A program made the translations under genes and the position numbers. Source: Putridiphycobacter roseus (GTDB taxonomy: Bacteria; Bacteroidota; Bacteroidia; Flavobacteriales_D; Crocinitomicaceae). From it: DNA of 64,000 nucleotides. The stretch is from assembly GCF_003234935.1 (NCBI RefSeq), contig NZ_QKSB01000007.1, positions 100,272 through 164,271 on the forward strand, in the 5' to 3' direction. Under the pieces are notes generated by a model that saw only the letters and a list, made by a program, of their open reading frames with translations, had not been told where the DNA came from and searched no databases. Each line of letters opens with the position of its first letter. The first letter of the stretch is position 1. This document shows, in pieces, positions 17,805-28,411 of the stretch.

Positions 17805-20800
17805 TTAAATTTTTTCTAATTCATGTAATGCTTTTTCAATGCTATTGATATCGTTATAAACTAACCTTAATCTGTTGTTTTTTTCATTCATCTTACAATT
17901 TTTCGGGTTGGATTGTATAAACTGTAACACTTTCGTAAATTGTGGAGACTGGTAATAAGGTGAATCTTGTTTAGCCACAAAATACCCAATCATTTTCTTC
18001 GACTTAATGACTAGTTTTTCAAATCCTATGGATTTAGCTAACCAACGCATTTCAATGGATTTACATAACTCTTTTACGACATTGGGTAATGCACCAAATC
18101 GATCTTTTAATTGGTTTGTAAAATTGCTTAATTCCTCGGCATTATTGCAATTGTCTAGTGACTGGTAAAGTGCTAATCTTTCAGATACATTATTCACGTA
18201 CGTGTCCGGAATTAGTAATGCTAAATCTGTTTCTAAAATACAGTCTGTTACAAATTCTTGTCCATCTACATTTGGATCTTCTTCATATAGGTCTTTAAAC
18301 TCTTCTTCCCTTAATTCTTGTACGGCTTCTTTTAATATCTTTTGATACATTTCAAACCCAATATCAGATATAAAACCGCTCTGTTCTCCACCCAATAAGT
18401 TACCAGCCCCTCGAATGTCAAGATCTCGCATGGAGATGTTAAAACCGGAACCTAAATCGGAAAAATGTACCAAAGCTTCTAGTCGTTTTCTAGAGTCATT
18501 TGGCAAGGTATGCATTGGTGGTGCAATCAAATAACAAAAAGCCTTTTTATTGGATCTACCAACTCTTCCTCGCATTTGGTGCAAATCACTCAGACCAAAG
18601 TTTTGGGCCTGGTTAATCATAATGGTATTCGCATTGGAAACATCAATTCCCGATTCAATAATAGTGGTAGCTACCAAAACATCATATTCGTGATTGATAA
18701 AGTCCATCATGATGTTTTCTAATTTGGCACCATCCATTTGACCGTGGCCAACTGCTACCCGTATACCAGGACATAATCTTTGGATCATGCCTGCCACTTC
18801 ATGTATGTTTTGCACACGATTGTGTACAAAAAATACCTGTCCACCACGATTTGTTTCATAAGCGACTGCGTCTCGAATGGCAGTTTCATTAAATCCTACC
18901 ACATGGGTTTCTACTGGTTGACGATTTGGTGGTGGGGTATTTATGATGGAAAGGTCACGCGCACCCATTAAAGAAAATTGTAAAGTTCTTGGTATCGGGG
19001 TCGCCGTTAAAGTCAAAGTGTCGACCGTTGTTTTTATAGTCTTCAATTTATCTTTTACGCCAACACCAAACTTTTGCTCTTCATCAATAATTATTAATCC
19101 CAAATCTTTATATTTAACTTGTTTACCAACCAGCTTATGGGTGCCAATTATAATGTCCGTTTCTCCAGCAGCTAACCTTTTTAAAGATTCATTAACTTGT
19201 TTGGTCGTTTTAAATCGATTGATATAATCTACCTCACATGGAAAATCTTTTAAACGTTCTTTAAACGTTTTAAAGTGCTGTAATGACAGGATTGTAGTCG
19301 GCACTAATACAGCGACTTGCTTATTGTCACAGACGGCTTTAAAGGCTGCTCGAATGGCAATCTCTGTTTTCCCAAAACCAACGTCTCCACAGACTAATCT
19401 ATCCATTGGTGTTTCTGATTCCATATCCGCTTTTACATCTACTGTTGCTTTTAATTGATCAGGTGTGTCTTCATAAATAAAACTGGCTTCTAATTCGTTT
19501 TGTAAATAGTTGTCAGGTGCAAATGCAAAACCTTTTTCTGCCTTTCGTTGGGCGTATAGTTTTATTAAATTAAAGGCAATTTCTTTTACCCTTGCCTTGG
19601 TCTTCTTTTTAACTTTGTCCCATTGTGGTGAGCCAATTTTATTCATTTTTGGCTGTGTACCATCCTTGCCTGTATATTTTGAAATTCTGTGCAAGGAATG
19701 TACTGAGACATACAATACATCATTGTCTCGGTATATTAATCGAATGGCCTCTTGCGGTTTTCCATTTACATCAATTATTTCCAGACCAGAAAACTGTCCA
19801 ATTCCATGATCGATATGGGCGACAAAATCACCCCGATTTAAATTGTATATTTCTTTTAAAGTAAGGGCTTGTTGGTTTTTTCTAAAGCCGTCTTTTAGTT
19901 TAAAGCGGTGGTATCTTTCAAAAATCTGATGATCGGTATAACAAGCAATTTTTAAATCGTGATTGATAAACCCTTCATGAAAAGAATAATTAAGGGTGGT
20001 AAATGTGGAATCTGCTCCAAGGTCTTCAAAAATAGAATAAATACGTTCTATTTGTTTGGGTTGGTTAGAAACTATTTGAATTTTATAATTATTTTTTTCT
20101 AATTCATTAAAATGCTCGATTAACAAGTCGAAATTTTTATTAAAACTCGGTTGTTGCTTGATGTTAAAATGAATGGTTTCTTCGTAATAATTGGTTTGAC
20201 TGCCAAATTCAATTAAGGTTTGTGCTTTAAACTGTGCATCAAAAACTGATTTTTCATAATACAGTTCTACTGGTGGGGTAGCTGGAACTGGTGAATCAGG
20301 CAATGCATTAAAAATGTCTAAAGCCGCTTGGTATTGTTGCTCAACTATTCCTTTTGTAAACAAATAGTCTTTACACCAAATTACTGTTTCTGGTCCCAAA
20401 AATTCAAGTATTGTCGCTCTTGCTTCTGATTTTATTTGGGTTTGAATGTTGGGAACAACGGTCAACCTGGTATGCGTGGCAATGGATAATTGATTCGTTG
20501 GATCAAATGTTCGAATAGAATCTACTTCGTCACCAAAAAATTCAATTCTATAGGGTTGATCATTTGAATAGGAGAATACATCCACAATTCCACCTCTCAC
20601 AGCAAATTGACCTGGCTCATAAATGAAATCTACTTTTTCAAATTCATATTGAATCAATAATTCATTGATGAAGGAAATAGAATATTCTCCGCCCTTTTTA
20701 ATTTCTAAGATTGTTTTAGCAAATTGTTTTTTAGTCATTACTTTTTCCACCAAAGCTTCAGGATAAGTAATGATTACACCATTTTTTTTAGCATTGATAT

Positions 20801-21134
20801 AAGCCAATACTTCCGCTCTGGCTACAACGTTTGCGTTATCAATGGCTTCGAATTGATAGGGTTTTTTATAGGAATGTGGTAAGAACAATACATTAGGCGC
20901 ATGGTCGGTTAAACTTTGAATGTCGTTTAAAAAATAAGCCGCTTCTTCTTTGTCCGCTAAAATAATTAAATGGTTACCTCCCAATTTTTGGATGGCCGAC
21001 TCCATAAAAGTTGAAGTAAAGGCACCATGAGAACCTTTTAAAGAAATTTTATTTTTACCTTTTGAAATTAAATCTGTTAGCGCTGTAATTTGAGGGGATT
21101 CAGCAACTAAATTTTTGAATTCTTTACCATTCAT
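17805..21134 (-). CDS. mfd: transcription-repair coupling factor
   Basis: 1109 aa; superfamily-2 helicase motifs (GDVGFGKTEIAIRAAF, IIDEEQKFGV, TATPIPRTL) and the TRCF domain arrangement. Confidence 0.95.
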   Translation of the reverse strand: MNGKEFKNLVAESPQITALTDLISKGKNKISLKGSHGAFTSTFMESAIQKLGGNHLIILADKEEAAYFLNDIQSLTDHAPNVLFLPHSYKKPYQFEAIDNANVVARAEVLAYINAKKNGVIITYPEALVEKVMTKKQFAKTILEIKKGGEYSISFINELLIQYEFEKVDFIYEPGQFAVRGGIVDVFSYSNDQPYRIEFFGDEVDSIRTFDPTNQLSIATHTRLTVVPNIQTQIKSEARATILEFLGPETVIWCKDYLFTKGIVEQQYQAALDIFNALPDSPVPATPPVELYYEKSVFDAQFKAQTLIEFGSQTNYYEETIHFNIKQQPSFNKNFDLLIEHFNELEKNNYKIQIVSNQPKQIERIYSIFEDLGADSTFTTLNYSFHEGFINHDLKIACYTDHQIFERYHRFKLKDGFRKNQQALTLKEIYNLNRGDFVAHIDHGIGQFSGLEIIDVNGKPQEAIRLIYRDNDVLYVSVHSLHRISKYTGKDGTQPKMNKIGSPQWDKVKKKTKARVKEIAFNLIKLYAQRKAEKGFAFAPDNYLQNELEASFIYEDTPDQLKATVDVKADMESETPMDRLVCGDVGFGKTEIAIRAAFKAVCDNKQVAVLVPTTILSLQHFKTFKERLKDFPCEVDYINRFKTTKQVNESLKRLAAGETDIIIGTHKLVGKQVKYKDLGLIIIDEEQKFGVGVKDKLKTIKTTVDTLTLTATPIPRTLQFSLMGARDLSIINTPPPNRQPVETHVVGFNETAIRDAVAYETNRGGQVFFVHNRVQNIHEVAGMIQRLCPGIRVAVGHGQMDGAKLENIMMDFINHEYDVLVATTIIESGIDVSNANTIMINQAQNFGLSDLHQMRGRVGRSNKKAFCYLIAPPMHTLPNDSRKRLEALVHFSDLGSGFNISMRDLDIRGAGNLLGGEQSGFISDIGFEMYQKILKEAVQELREEEFKDLYEEDPNVDGQEFVTDCILETDLALLIPDTYVNNVSERLALYQSLDNCNNAEELSNFTNQLKDRFGALPNVVKELCKSIEMRWLAKSIGFEKLVIKSKKMIGYFVAKQDSPYYQSPQFTKVLQFIQSNPKNCKMNEKNNRLRLVYNDINSIEKALHELEKI

Positions 21135-21340
21135 GTAACAAAGATAATTGTAATCAGAAAATAATTGATAACTGCTGATAAATTACTTTTCCAAAGCTAA
21201 AAATGGAATTAGTTAAATGAAATATTTCTATCCACTCATTAGTTCATTACAAATAGTCTTTAAATCATGGATTGATTCTTTTTATCACCAACCTTTTAAT
21301 CAACATGTTCGTATTTATAATTACCAGAATTCAATCCTCC

Positions 21341-22213
21341 ATGAAATATATTTTATTTGTCTTTAGTTTTTTAATATATCAAAATTCAATTTGTCAATTC
21401 AGTATTGACTTGGGAAATGACACGGTCTTTTGTCCTGCTTATCCTGACACTGCTACTGTAAGTCATCAATTGGGTATTAATACAATATTCAATCAAGGAA
21501 CGCCACCATACTCCTATAGCTGGTACATGGCACCTTATACTTTTCCAGGCTCTTCATTGGTTTTTCATGCCTCTACTTTTTTAGACGATACAGCTACTTT
21601 AACGCCGAATTTTTTGGGAGGATTAGATGAAATGGAGTTTTTTTTATCGGTTACTGATGCAAATAATCAAATCGCTAAGGATAGCATAACAATTTATTAT
21701 CCAAAATTTACATTTGGATTGCCAATACAGTATGAATCGATTTTGTTGGGTGATTCAATTTTAACCGGATTTGTGAATGTTTTTGGTGGTATTCCTCCAT
21801 TAACCTATTTATGGCGTCCCAACCATGGTTTATTGGATTCTACAAATACTGACTTTTGGACAAAACCGCTGCAAACTACCGCTTATCATCTTACGTTAAC
21901 TGATTCGGCCGGTTGTAAAGGAACTGGAGGTACAGCGGTAATAGTTTATATTTCCAGTTTAAGTATTGAAAATTTAATTGCTGAAGAAAATAATATTGTT
22001 TTATACCCCAATCCAAGTACTGGAATCATTTATATAAATGATGAGAAACAGTCTACAAATAGTGTTCAAATTTTTGATGCAATGGGTCGCTTTTTAGTCG
22101 AAATGGAACCCTCCAATTTTCAGTTTGATTTAAGTAATTTTGCCAAAGGTACATACCTTTTACAAATTGAAACAGATGAAAATGTTATCAGTCGGCGTAT
22201 TATTTTAAAATAA
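21341..22213 (+). CDS. secreted protein with T9SS type-A C-terminal sorting domain, function unknown
   Basis: Start moved to the internal ATG giving signal peptide MKYILFVFSFLIYQNSICQ (the track ORF begins 23 codons earlier at 21272); C-terminus LYPNPSTGIIYIND...IFDAMGRFL...GTYLLQIE is a T9SS CTD. Confidence 0.75.
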   Translation: MKYILFVFSFLIYQNSICQFSIDLGNDTVFCPAYPDTATVSHQLGINTIFNQGTPPYSYSWYMAPYTFPGSSLVFHASTFLDDTATLTPNFLGGLDEMEFFLSVTDANNQIAKDSITIYYPKFTFGLPIQYESILLGDSILTGFVNVFGGIPPLTYLWRPNHGLLDSTNTDFWTKPLQTTAYHLTLTDSAGCKGTGGTAVIVYISSLSIENLIAEENNIVLYPNPSTGIIYINDEKQSTNSVQIFDAMGRFLVEMEPSNFQFDLSNFAKGTYLLQIETDENVISRRIILK

Positions 22214-22245
22214 TAGCAATTGAAAGTTTAGGAGCGCCTTAATGG

Positions 22246-23919
22246 TTAATCATTCACCAATTCTACTTCAATTCTACGGTTGATGTCTCTACCCCATTTA
22301 TAAGCATTCGGAGCAATAGGATCGGCGGAACCATGTCCAGCATAATGTATGCGGTTTGCATTAAGTCCACCTGCTATCATATAATCATAAACTGCTTTTG
22401 CTCGTTCGTTGGATAACAGCACATTTTTTTCCGCAATACCACTCGCATCAGTGTATCCATTGATTTTTATTTTGAGAACAGGATTTTTCTTCAATATTAA
22501 TAATAATTCATTTATATAATCAATGGCTATACCCGACTCAGGCAATAAAGCACTCCCTGAAGCAAACTGTAAACTGTCAATAATAAAGTTTGACTGTTTT
22601 GGTTGTCCCATGGATTCCGTAGCTTTTTGTTGTTTTAAAAAGTAACTCAAATAAGCAGTTTCTGGAGTCTCTTTTATGACTTCAATTACTGGTTTTTCAT
22701 CCACTAATTTTGAAGAACTATGTTGCGTTTTTGATAAAATTTTGACTTCGATTCTTCTATTTCCTTCTCGAGTTGATTTGTAACGATTGCTATAAATGGG
22801 GTTTATTGGTCCGTATCCTTTATAGGTAATTCGTTCAGTGCTGTAACCGTTTTTGATGAGGTAGTCGTATACAAATTTTGCCCTTTGAGTCGACAATGCT
22901 ACGTTGTTTGCTGCATTCCCAGAATTATCAGTATATCCACCTATTTCAATTTTTAAGTTGGGATCTGCATCTAAAGCCATTAATAAGTTTTTCATGTCTT
23001 TGTTTGTGGCAATGTTACTAAAGCTCGTTTTACCGGGTCCAAATTTCACATTATATAATACCACTTGATAACCTACAGGAATGGCCTCAGGGACTACAAT
23101 TAAGTGCTCAATTTCTATGTGTAAGGCGGTGCTGTCGATATTATCAGGCATTGGTGGGCAAAGACAATTTTTTAAAGAATCTGAAACGGTAAATTCAGGA
23201 TAAGGTTGAAAGGCTTTGATACGTTCTCTTTGGGTTTGGTAACGCGGACTGGTATTGGCACCATCTGTTCCCAGGTCCCAATAGTTTACGGCGTCAAAAT
23301 TGGAATAACCACAAAACTGTTTGAGTATTACCGCTGAAATAAAACCTGAGGCATGCCAGCCATTCCAACAGTGTAAGTATACTGGACCAACACTATCATT
23401 TGTCGCGGATTGATAAACCATTTCTACCATGTCACGTACATGCTTGTCGTCAAAATAATCTTTTTGGTAATACTGAAATGTGTTCGTATCCTTATCTATG
23501 CAATTACAAGTATCGGCCAATGGAGCCGTTTCAAAGTTCTGTTGGTACAAATACACACCAGCTGAAAAACCCTCTGCACACAAGTTGTCCATACCATCAT
23601 TAGGCAAGGGGTTGTGATTGTTTCTTTTATCGGTTAAGTGATAATAATTATTGGCGCCTCCTCTGTAAGCAACACCATGTAAAATAGGGCGCATATTACG
23701 GGTACCGTATAAACTGTCAAAACCATTCCCTTTATTGTCGGTGATTTTATACATCAAGTCACTTTCCACATATCTTTTTTTATAGAAATCAGGAGTTAAA
23801 ATAATGGTGTTTTGAGCATCATAGTTAATCGTTGAATCCGTCAAAGTATCACTTTGCGCATGGAGAAAAAATGGCAGAAATAATATAATCAGTAAGGCGG
23901 TTTTCAAAGTTAATTTCAT
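22246..23919 (-). CDS. OmpA-family protein: signal peptide + PTP-like N-domain with degenerate P-loop + two tandem OmpA peptidoglycan-binding domains
   Basis: Start taken at MKLTLKTALLIILFLPFFLHAQ. N-domain carries RPILHGVAYRGG and HCWNGWHASG (CxxGxxRSG-type loop with Arg replaced by Ala). Two OmpA_C-like blocks (GYTDNSGNAANNVALSTQRA...; GYTDASGIAEKNVLLSNERA...). Confidence 0.85.
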   Translation of the reverse strand: MKLTLKTALLIILFLPFFLHAQSDTLTDSTINYDAQNTIILTPDFYKKRYVESDLMYKITDNKGNGFDSLYGTRNMRPILHGVAYRGGANNYYHLTDKRNNHNPLPNDGMDNLCAEGFSAGVYLYQQNFETAPLADTCNCIDKDTNTFQYYQKDYFDDKHVRDMVEMVYQSATNDSVGPVYLHCWNGWHASGFISAVILKQFCGYSNFDAVNYWDLGTDGANTSPRYQTQRERIKAFQPYPEFTVSDSLKNCLCPPMPDNIDSTALHIEIEHLIVVPEAIPVGYQVVLYNVKFGPGKTSFSNIATNKDMKNLLMALDADPNLKIEIGGYTDNSGNAANNVALSTQRAKFVYDYLIKNGYSTERITYKGYGPINPIYSNRYKSTREGNRRIEVKILSKTQHSSSKLVDEKPVIEVIKETPETAYLSYFLKQQKATESMGQPKQSNFIIDSLQFASGSALLPESGIAIDYINELLLILKKNPVLKIKINGYTDASGIAEKNVLLSNERAKAVYDYMIAGGLNANRIHYAGHGSADPIAPNAYKWGRDINRRIEVELVND

Positions 23920-24015
23920 ATTGCAAAAATAAGGGACACTGTATTTATAAGTCAATTATTATGCTAAAGTTATGCACAGTTCATTATTTGTGAATTATAT
24001 TTAACTTTTATTAAT

Positions 24016-24207
24016 ATGAGTTCAGATTCAGAAAAACCAAAAGTTAATTTAAAACAACATCAGCGATTCAGAAGAGAAGTGCCTTGGGGATTGATCAGAA
24101 AACTCGTAATTGTTGCTGTTTTAATCGGGTTGACTTATTATTTGATAGATAATTTACCTGCAACCCAACAGGTAAATGCGGAGTCATTTGAAATAGAAAT
24201 AGAATAG
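24016..24207 (+). CDS. possible small membrane protein (63 aa, one TM helix)
   Basis: ORF with basic N-terminus and one hydrophobic segment LVIVAVLIGLTYYLI; lies in a divergent intergenic region; no homology recognisable by eye. Confidence 0.3.
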   Translation: MSSDSEKPKVNLKQHQRFRREVPWGLIRKLVIVAVLIGLTYYLIDNLPATQQVNAESFEIEIE

Positions 24208-24255
24208 TTTAACGGGGACTTTTATTTTTACGCTTGTTTTTAGGAAGATTATTCA

Positions 24256-24290
24256 ATAAAAAACTCACTTCAAAATGAATCGAAGTGAGT
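24256..24290 (-). terminator. rho-independent terminator downstream of glmS
   Basis: Hairpin ctcacttc / gaagtgag with a 10-nt loop; on the minus strand it is followed by a run of 6-7 T (plus-strand aaaaaa at 24257-24263). Confidence 0.55.
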
Positions 24291-24318
24291 TATTAAATTT
24301 TTATTTTAAATCAAGTTT

Positions 24319-26163
24319 TTACTCTACCGTTACTGATTTCGCTAAATTTCTTGGTTGATCGACATTACAGCCTCTCATAACCGCTATGTGGTAAGAAAGT
24401 AATTGAAATGGTATTGTCGCTAAAATAGGAACCAATACTTCGTCTGTTGAAGGAATAGAAATAGTATGATCGGCAATTGCTTTTACTTCAGTATCTCCCT
24501 TGGTAACAATGGCAATAATTTTTCCTTTTCTAGCTTTTACTTCTTGTATATTACTCACTACTTTTTCGTAGTTTTCTCCTTCAGTAGCAATTACAAAAAC
24601 AGGCATGTTTTCATCTATTAAAGCTATAGGTCCATGTTTCATTTCTGCAGCAGGATAACCTTCAGCGTGTATGTAAGAGATTTCTTTTAATTTTAAAGCA
24701 CCTTCTAAAGCAATAGGGAAAGCTGTCCCTCTACCTAAGTATAATGCGTTTGTAGCATCTTTATATTGTGCCGCAATGGTTTCAATATAATCGTTACTTT
24801 CTAATAAAGTTTCAATTTTATCTGGCAATGCTTCCATTTCATCCAGCAGTTTTTGAAAACGTTTTGGTGCAATAGTATTTCTTTCTTTACCCAACATCAT
24901 AGCCATCATGGCTAATAAAGTAACTTGTGTGGTAAATGCTTTTGTGGATGCTACACCTATTTCTGGTCCTGCATGTGTATAAGAACCACTATCCGTAATT
25001 CTTGAAATTGAAGAGCCCACTACATTTACAATACCGAATAAAAATGCCCCATTTTCTTTGGCCATTTTTAAGGCAGCTAAAGTATCGGCAGTTTCACCTG
25101 ATTGAGAAATGGCAATTACTACGTCTCCTTTTCTGATGATAGGATTTCTATATCTAAATTCACTCGCATATTCCACTTCAACAGGTATGCGTGCAAGATC
25201 TTCAAAATAATATTCTGCTACCAATGCAGCATGCCATGAAGTACCACAAGCAATGATTACAATTCTGTCGGCGTTGGCAATTTCTTTAATATAAGGTTTT
25301 ACGCCGCCTAATGAAACCCAGCCTTCTTTGGCATTTAAACGCCCTCTAAAACTATCGTGTATGGCACGAGGTTGTTCGTAAATTTCTTTTAACATAAAAT
25401 GCTCATAGCCACCTTTTTCAAGAGCTTCTAGTTGCATTTCTAATTCTTGTACGTAAGGGTTTACCTCTTTATTCGCAATATTGATTATTCTAAACCCATG
25501 ATCCTTGTTGATGATGGCAATTTGCTCATCTTCTAAATAAACCACATTTTTTGTATACTCAACAATTGGTGTTGCATCAGAGGCTATATAATATTCATTT
25601 TCACCCAATCCAATTACTAATGGACTACTTTTTTTAGCCGCAATTAATTTATCGGGCTCATTTTTAGAAAGAATAACAATGGCATATGCACCAACTACTT
25701 CATTTAAGGCAAGTCTTACTGCCTCTTCTAAACTAGTATGTGTGTTATGTTGTATCTCTTCAATTAAATGAATTAATACTTCTGTATCCGTTTCGCTTTT
25801 AAAAATATGGCCACGATTAATGAGCTCCTTTTTTAAAATGGCATAATTTTCAATAATTCCATTGTGCACTAATGCAATATTACCATCACTACTAAAATGA
25901 GGATGTGCATTTACATCATTTGGTTCACCATGTGTTGCCCATCTGGTATGACCAATCCCAATATTTCCTTGGGTATTGTTTTCACCAATAAAATCAACTA
26001 AGTCTTGAACCTTTCCTTTTCTTTTATATATATTCAAATGTTCTGAATCGGCTAAAAGTGCCACTCCAGCACTATCATAACCTCTGTATTCTAGTCGAGA
26101 TAATCCCTTAATTAAAACTGGGTATGCTCTTTTGTTTCCAATATATCCTACAATTCCACACAT
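24319..26163 (-). CDS. glmS: glutamine--fructose-6-phosphate aminotransferase (isomerizing)
   Basis: 614 aa; N-terminal MCGIVGYIG Ntn-glutaminase start; two SIS domains; C-terminal ...AKSVTVE. Confidence 0.95.
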   Translation of the reverse strand: MCGIVGYIGNKRAYPVLIKGLSRLEYRGYDSAGVALLADSEHLNIYKRKGKVQDLVDFIGENNTQGNIGIGHTRWATHGEPNDVNAHPHFSSDGNIALVHNGIIENYAILKKELINRGHIFKSETDTEVLIHLIEEIQHNTHTSLEEAVRLALNEVVGAYAIVILSKNEPDKLIAAKKSSPLVIGLGENEYYIASDATPIVEYTKNVVYLEDEQIAIINKDHGFRIINIANKEVNPYVQELEMQLEALEKGGYEHFMLKEIYEQPRAIHDSFRGRLNAKEGWVSLGGVKPYIKEIANADRIVIIACGTSWHAALVAEYYFEDLARIPVEVEYASEFRYRNPIIRKGDVVIAISQSGETADTLAALKMAKENGAFLFGIVNVVGSSISRITDSGSYTHAGPEIGVASTKAFTTQVTLLAMMAMMLGKERNTIAPKRFQKLLDEMEALPDKIETLLESNDYIETIAAQYKDATNALYLGRGTAFPIALEGALKLKEISYIHAEGYPAAEMKHGPIALIDENMPVFVIATEGENYEKVVSNIQEVKARKGKIIAIVTKGDTEVKAIADHTISIPSTDEVLVPILATIPFQLLSYHIAVMRGCNVDQPRNLAKSVTVE

Positions 26164-26165
26164 AA

Positions 26166-27494
26166 TTAGTATTCTGTATATGTAATAATCAATTTTGTTT
26201 TTTCCTTGGTATTTGCTTTCGGTCCACTGAAAACTGTTCTTTCTATGGTAGAACCAAAAAAGCTGGTTGGGTATATTCTGTATCCAACATTTTCGATTTC
26301 TCCAGAAACTACCCTTTGCAAATCTCTTGTTAGGTTAAAAGTATAAGTTTTAGTTTCATTATCAAAAACTACTGAAGTAAAACTAGAATAATCATAAGTA
26401 TAACTAGTTAGTATCCCTTCATCAATTCTACCGATAAATAAACTTTGTGAAGGGCTATAAGGGCTTGCCACGAAATCCTGAACAGGAACCACTAATTCAG
26501 CTTTGTTGATTACTATGTTTCTGTCCTTTGCAAATTCTGTGATATATGGGAATTGAAATTCTGATCTAATGTGAGAACCTTGTAAAAATATTTTTTCTTG
26601 GGCTGCTTCTGTATTATTTAATGCTTGATACAAATCGGTATTGGCAATGTCAAAGTCCATTTTATTAAATCTTGCACAATTTGAATTGATATTGAAAGTA
26701 AACTTTTTGTTTTCACTGCCTATGGTATAGTATAATACCAGATTTGACAACGCATCTTCAAGAGATAGATATAGAACAGTTCCTTTATTTTCACCAAAAG
26801 AAGAAGCATTGGCCACTCGGACATATAAACCTTTAAAAAAAGAAGTAAAATTGTCGTTGGATGACATTTGAGCAACGTTGCTAATTAAATAATCACCGAA
26901 AGTAGTTTTTAATGGTAGTCTTAACATTGGACTTAATGTGTCATCTGCTAAAATTACCTGGCTGTATAAATCGGGTTTTTGAATTTCTTTTCCAGCCATC
27001 ATCAAGTTAGAATTAACAAAATTTACCGGTGTATTGGCATAATACTCTTGATCGACTCTAGTTAATTGATCTGTGATTTCAAAAACTTCAAAACTTAAAT
27101 CAGTGACTGTGCCATAGTTTAAAAGTCCTGTATAAAGAAAGGACAATACGACAGAGTCGACTGTGATGTCTGAAATTTCTCCAAAGTTTGGTGATTCAGA
27201 AGATAGTCTGATTTGCGTCACCACGCCGCAATCTACAATGCCAAATGATGGATCATTATATGCCCCCAATAAACTAATGCTTGTTTCGTCGGTAGGTAAA
27301 CTATCGACAACAACAGATTCCGTTAGTATGGAAAAGGTATCTTGTTTTACCAAGTTTAATCCGTTTGGATTGATATCTGTTCCAATGGAACTAATTTCTT
27401 TTTTACAACCGGTTAAGGCTAAAAAGCTTATTAAAAAACCAGCGGAAAGTTGAATAACTTTCCGCTGGTTTAAGATTTTATATTTTTTTATCAT
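26166..27494 (-). CDS. hypothetical lipoprotein (DUF4270-like by position and architecture)
   Basis: 442 aa; lipoprotein signal ...LALTGCKKE; placement between a short glycogen-synthase-like gene and glmS is a conserved flavobacterial arrangement (from memory). Confidence 0.65.
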   Translation of the reverse strand: MIKKYKILNQRKVIQLSAGFLISFLALTGCKKEISSIGTDINPNGLNLVKQDTFSILTESVVVDSLPTDETSISLLGAYNDPSFGIVDCGVVTQIRLSSESPNFGEISDITVDSVVLSFLYTGLLNYGTVTDLSFEVFEITDQLTRVDQEYYANTPVNFVNSNLMMAGKEIQKPDLYSQVILADDTLSPMLRLPLKTTFGDYLISNVAQMSSNDNFTSFFKGLYVRVANASSFGENKGTVLYLSLEDALSNLVLYYTIGSENKKFTFNINSNCARFNKMDFDIANTDLYQALNNTEAAQEKIFLQGSHIRSEFQFPYITEFAKDRNIVINKAELVVPVQDFVASPYSPSQSLFIGRIDEGILTSYTYDYSSFTSVVFDNETKTYTFNLTRDLQRVVSGEIENVGYRIYPTSFFGSTIERTVFSGPKANTKEKTKLIITYTEY

Positions 27495-27496
27495 TT

Positions 27497-28315
27497 TTAT
27501 TCAACTAATTCTCCTACTAATAGGTCGTAAAACTCATCTACTGGTTTAACGCTATTTTCTTCCGGATAGTATTCCAATGTAGGAATTTCAGTTGAATCCA
27601 TAAATTTAGATAATTCTTCATCTATGTTTTCACTTCCTTGAACAATTCCATCAGCCAATTGCATTGCCAATTTATTTAATTCAATAAAACTACCTTTTCC
27701 GATTCCGTCGTAATCTTCAGCTTTGAATCCGTCAAAATTAAGTTTTTCAGTTAGTTTAGAATTCAAATTTTTGTTAAATTCTTTATCATATACAGAATAA
27801 ACAACTTTTACCTCTGAAAAGTGTGGGTCGTCTGCATATAATTTTTTGATGTAAAGCACAGCAAATGCTGACATCCAACCGTGACAATGAATAATGTCTG
27901 GTTTCCAACCTAGTTTCTTAACTGTTTCTAAAACACCACGACTAAAGAACATTGCTCTTTCGTCGTTGTCATCAAATTCTTCTCCATCACTATTACTAAC
28001 AGTGGCTTTTCTTTTGAAGAAGTCGTCGTTATCAATAAAATATACTTGAATTTTTGCTTGAGGAACAGATGCCACTTTAATAATTAGTGGATGATCGATA
28101 TCGTCGATAATTAAATTCATTCCCGATAATCTGATTACTTCATGTAATTGATGTCTCCTCTCGTTGATACAACCAAATCTCGGCATAAATGCTCGGATTT
28201 CTTTCCCGCTCTCCTGTATTCCCTGTGGTAATTTTCTTGCTATACTTGAAATGGTAGAGGATGGTAAAAAAGGTGAAATTTCTTGTGAAATAAAAAGTAC
28301 TTTTTTCTTATCCAT
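27497..28315 (-). CDS. short glycogen/starch synthase-like protein (N-terminal Glyco_transf_5-type domain only)
   Basis: 272 aa; KVLFISQEISPFLP...MPRFG resembles the N-terminal domain of GlgA-type synthases; no second GT-B domain is encoded. Confidence 0.75.
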   Translation of the reverse strand: MDKKKVLFISQEISPFLPSSTISSIARKLPQGIQESGKEIRAFMPRFGCINERRHQLHEVIRLSGMNLIIDDIDHPLIIKVASVPQAKIQVYFIDNDDFFKRKATVSNSDGEEFDDNDERAMFFSRGVLETVKKLGWKPDIIHCHGWMSAFAVLYIKKLYADDPHFSEVKVVYSVYDKEFNKNLNSKLTEKLNFDGFKAEDYDGIGKGSFIELNKLAMQLADGIVQGSENIDEELSKFMDSTEIPTLEYYPEENSVKPVDEFYDLLVGELVE

Positions 28316-28411
28316 AAAATGTTTTTCTGATTTCTATCTTACAAAAGTACGAAAAAAATGCGGTATTTCAATTGTATCCTATAGATTTGTGCGATTAAAC
28401 TGTTCATTATT

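Noticed and set aside
18510-19864. Several 60-100 aa plus-strand ORFs inside mfd
   Set aside because: They are antisense to a 1109-aa CDS with intact helicase motifs. They have no start context or motifs, and are typical spurious ORFs in AT-rich DNA.
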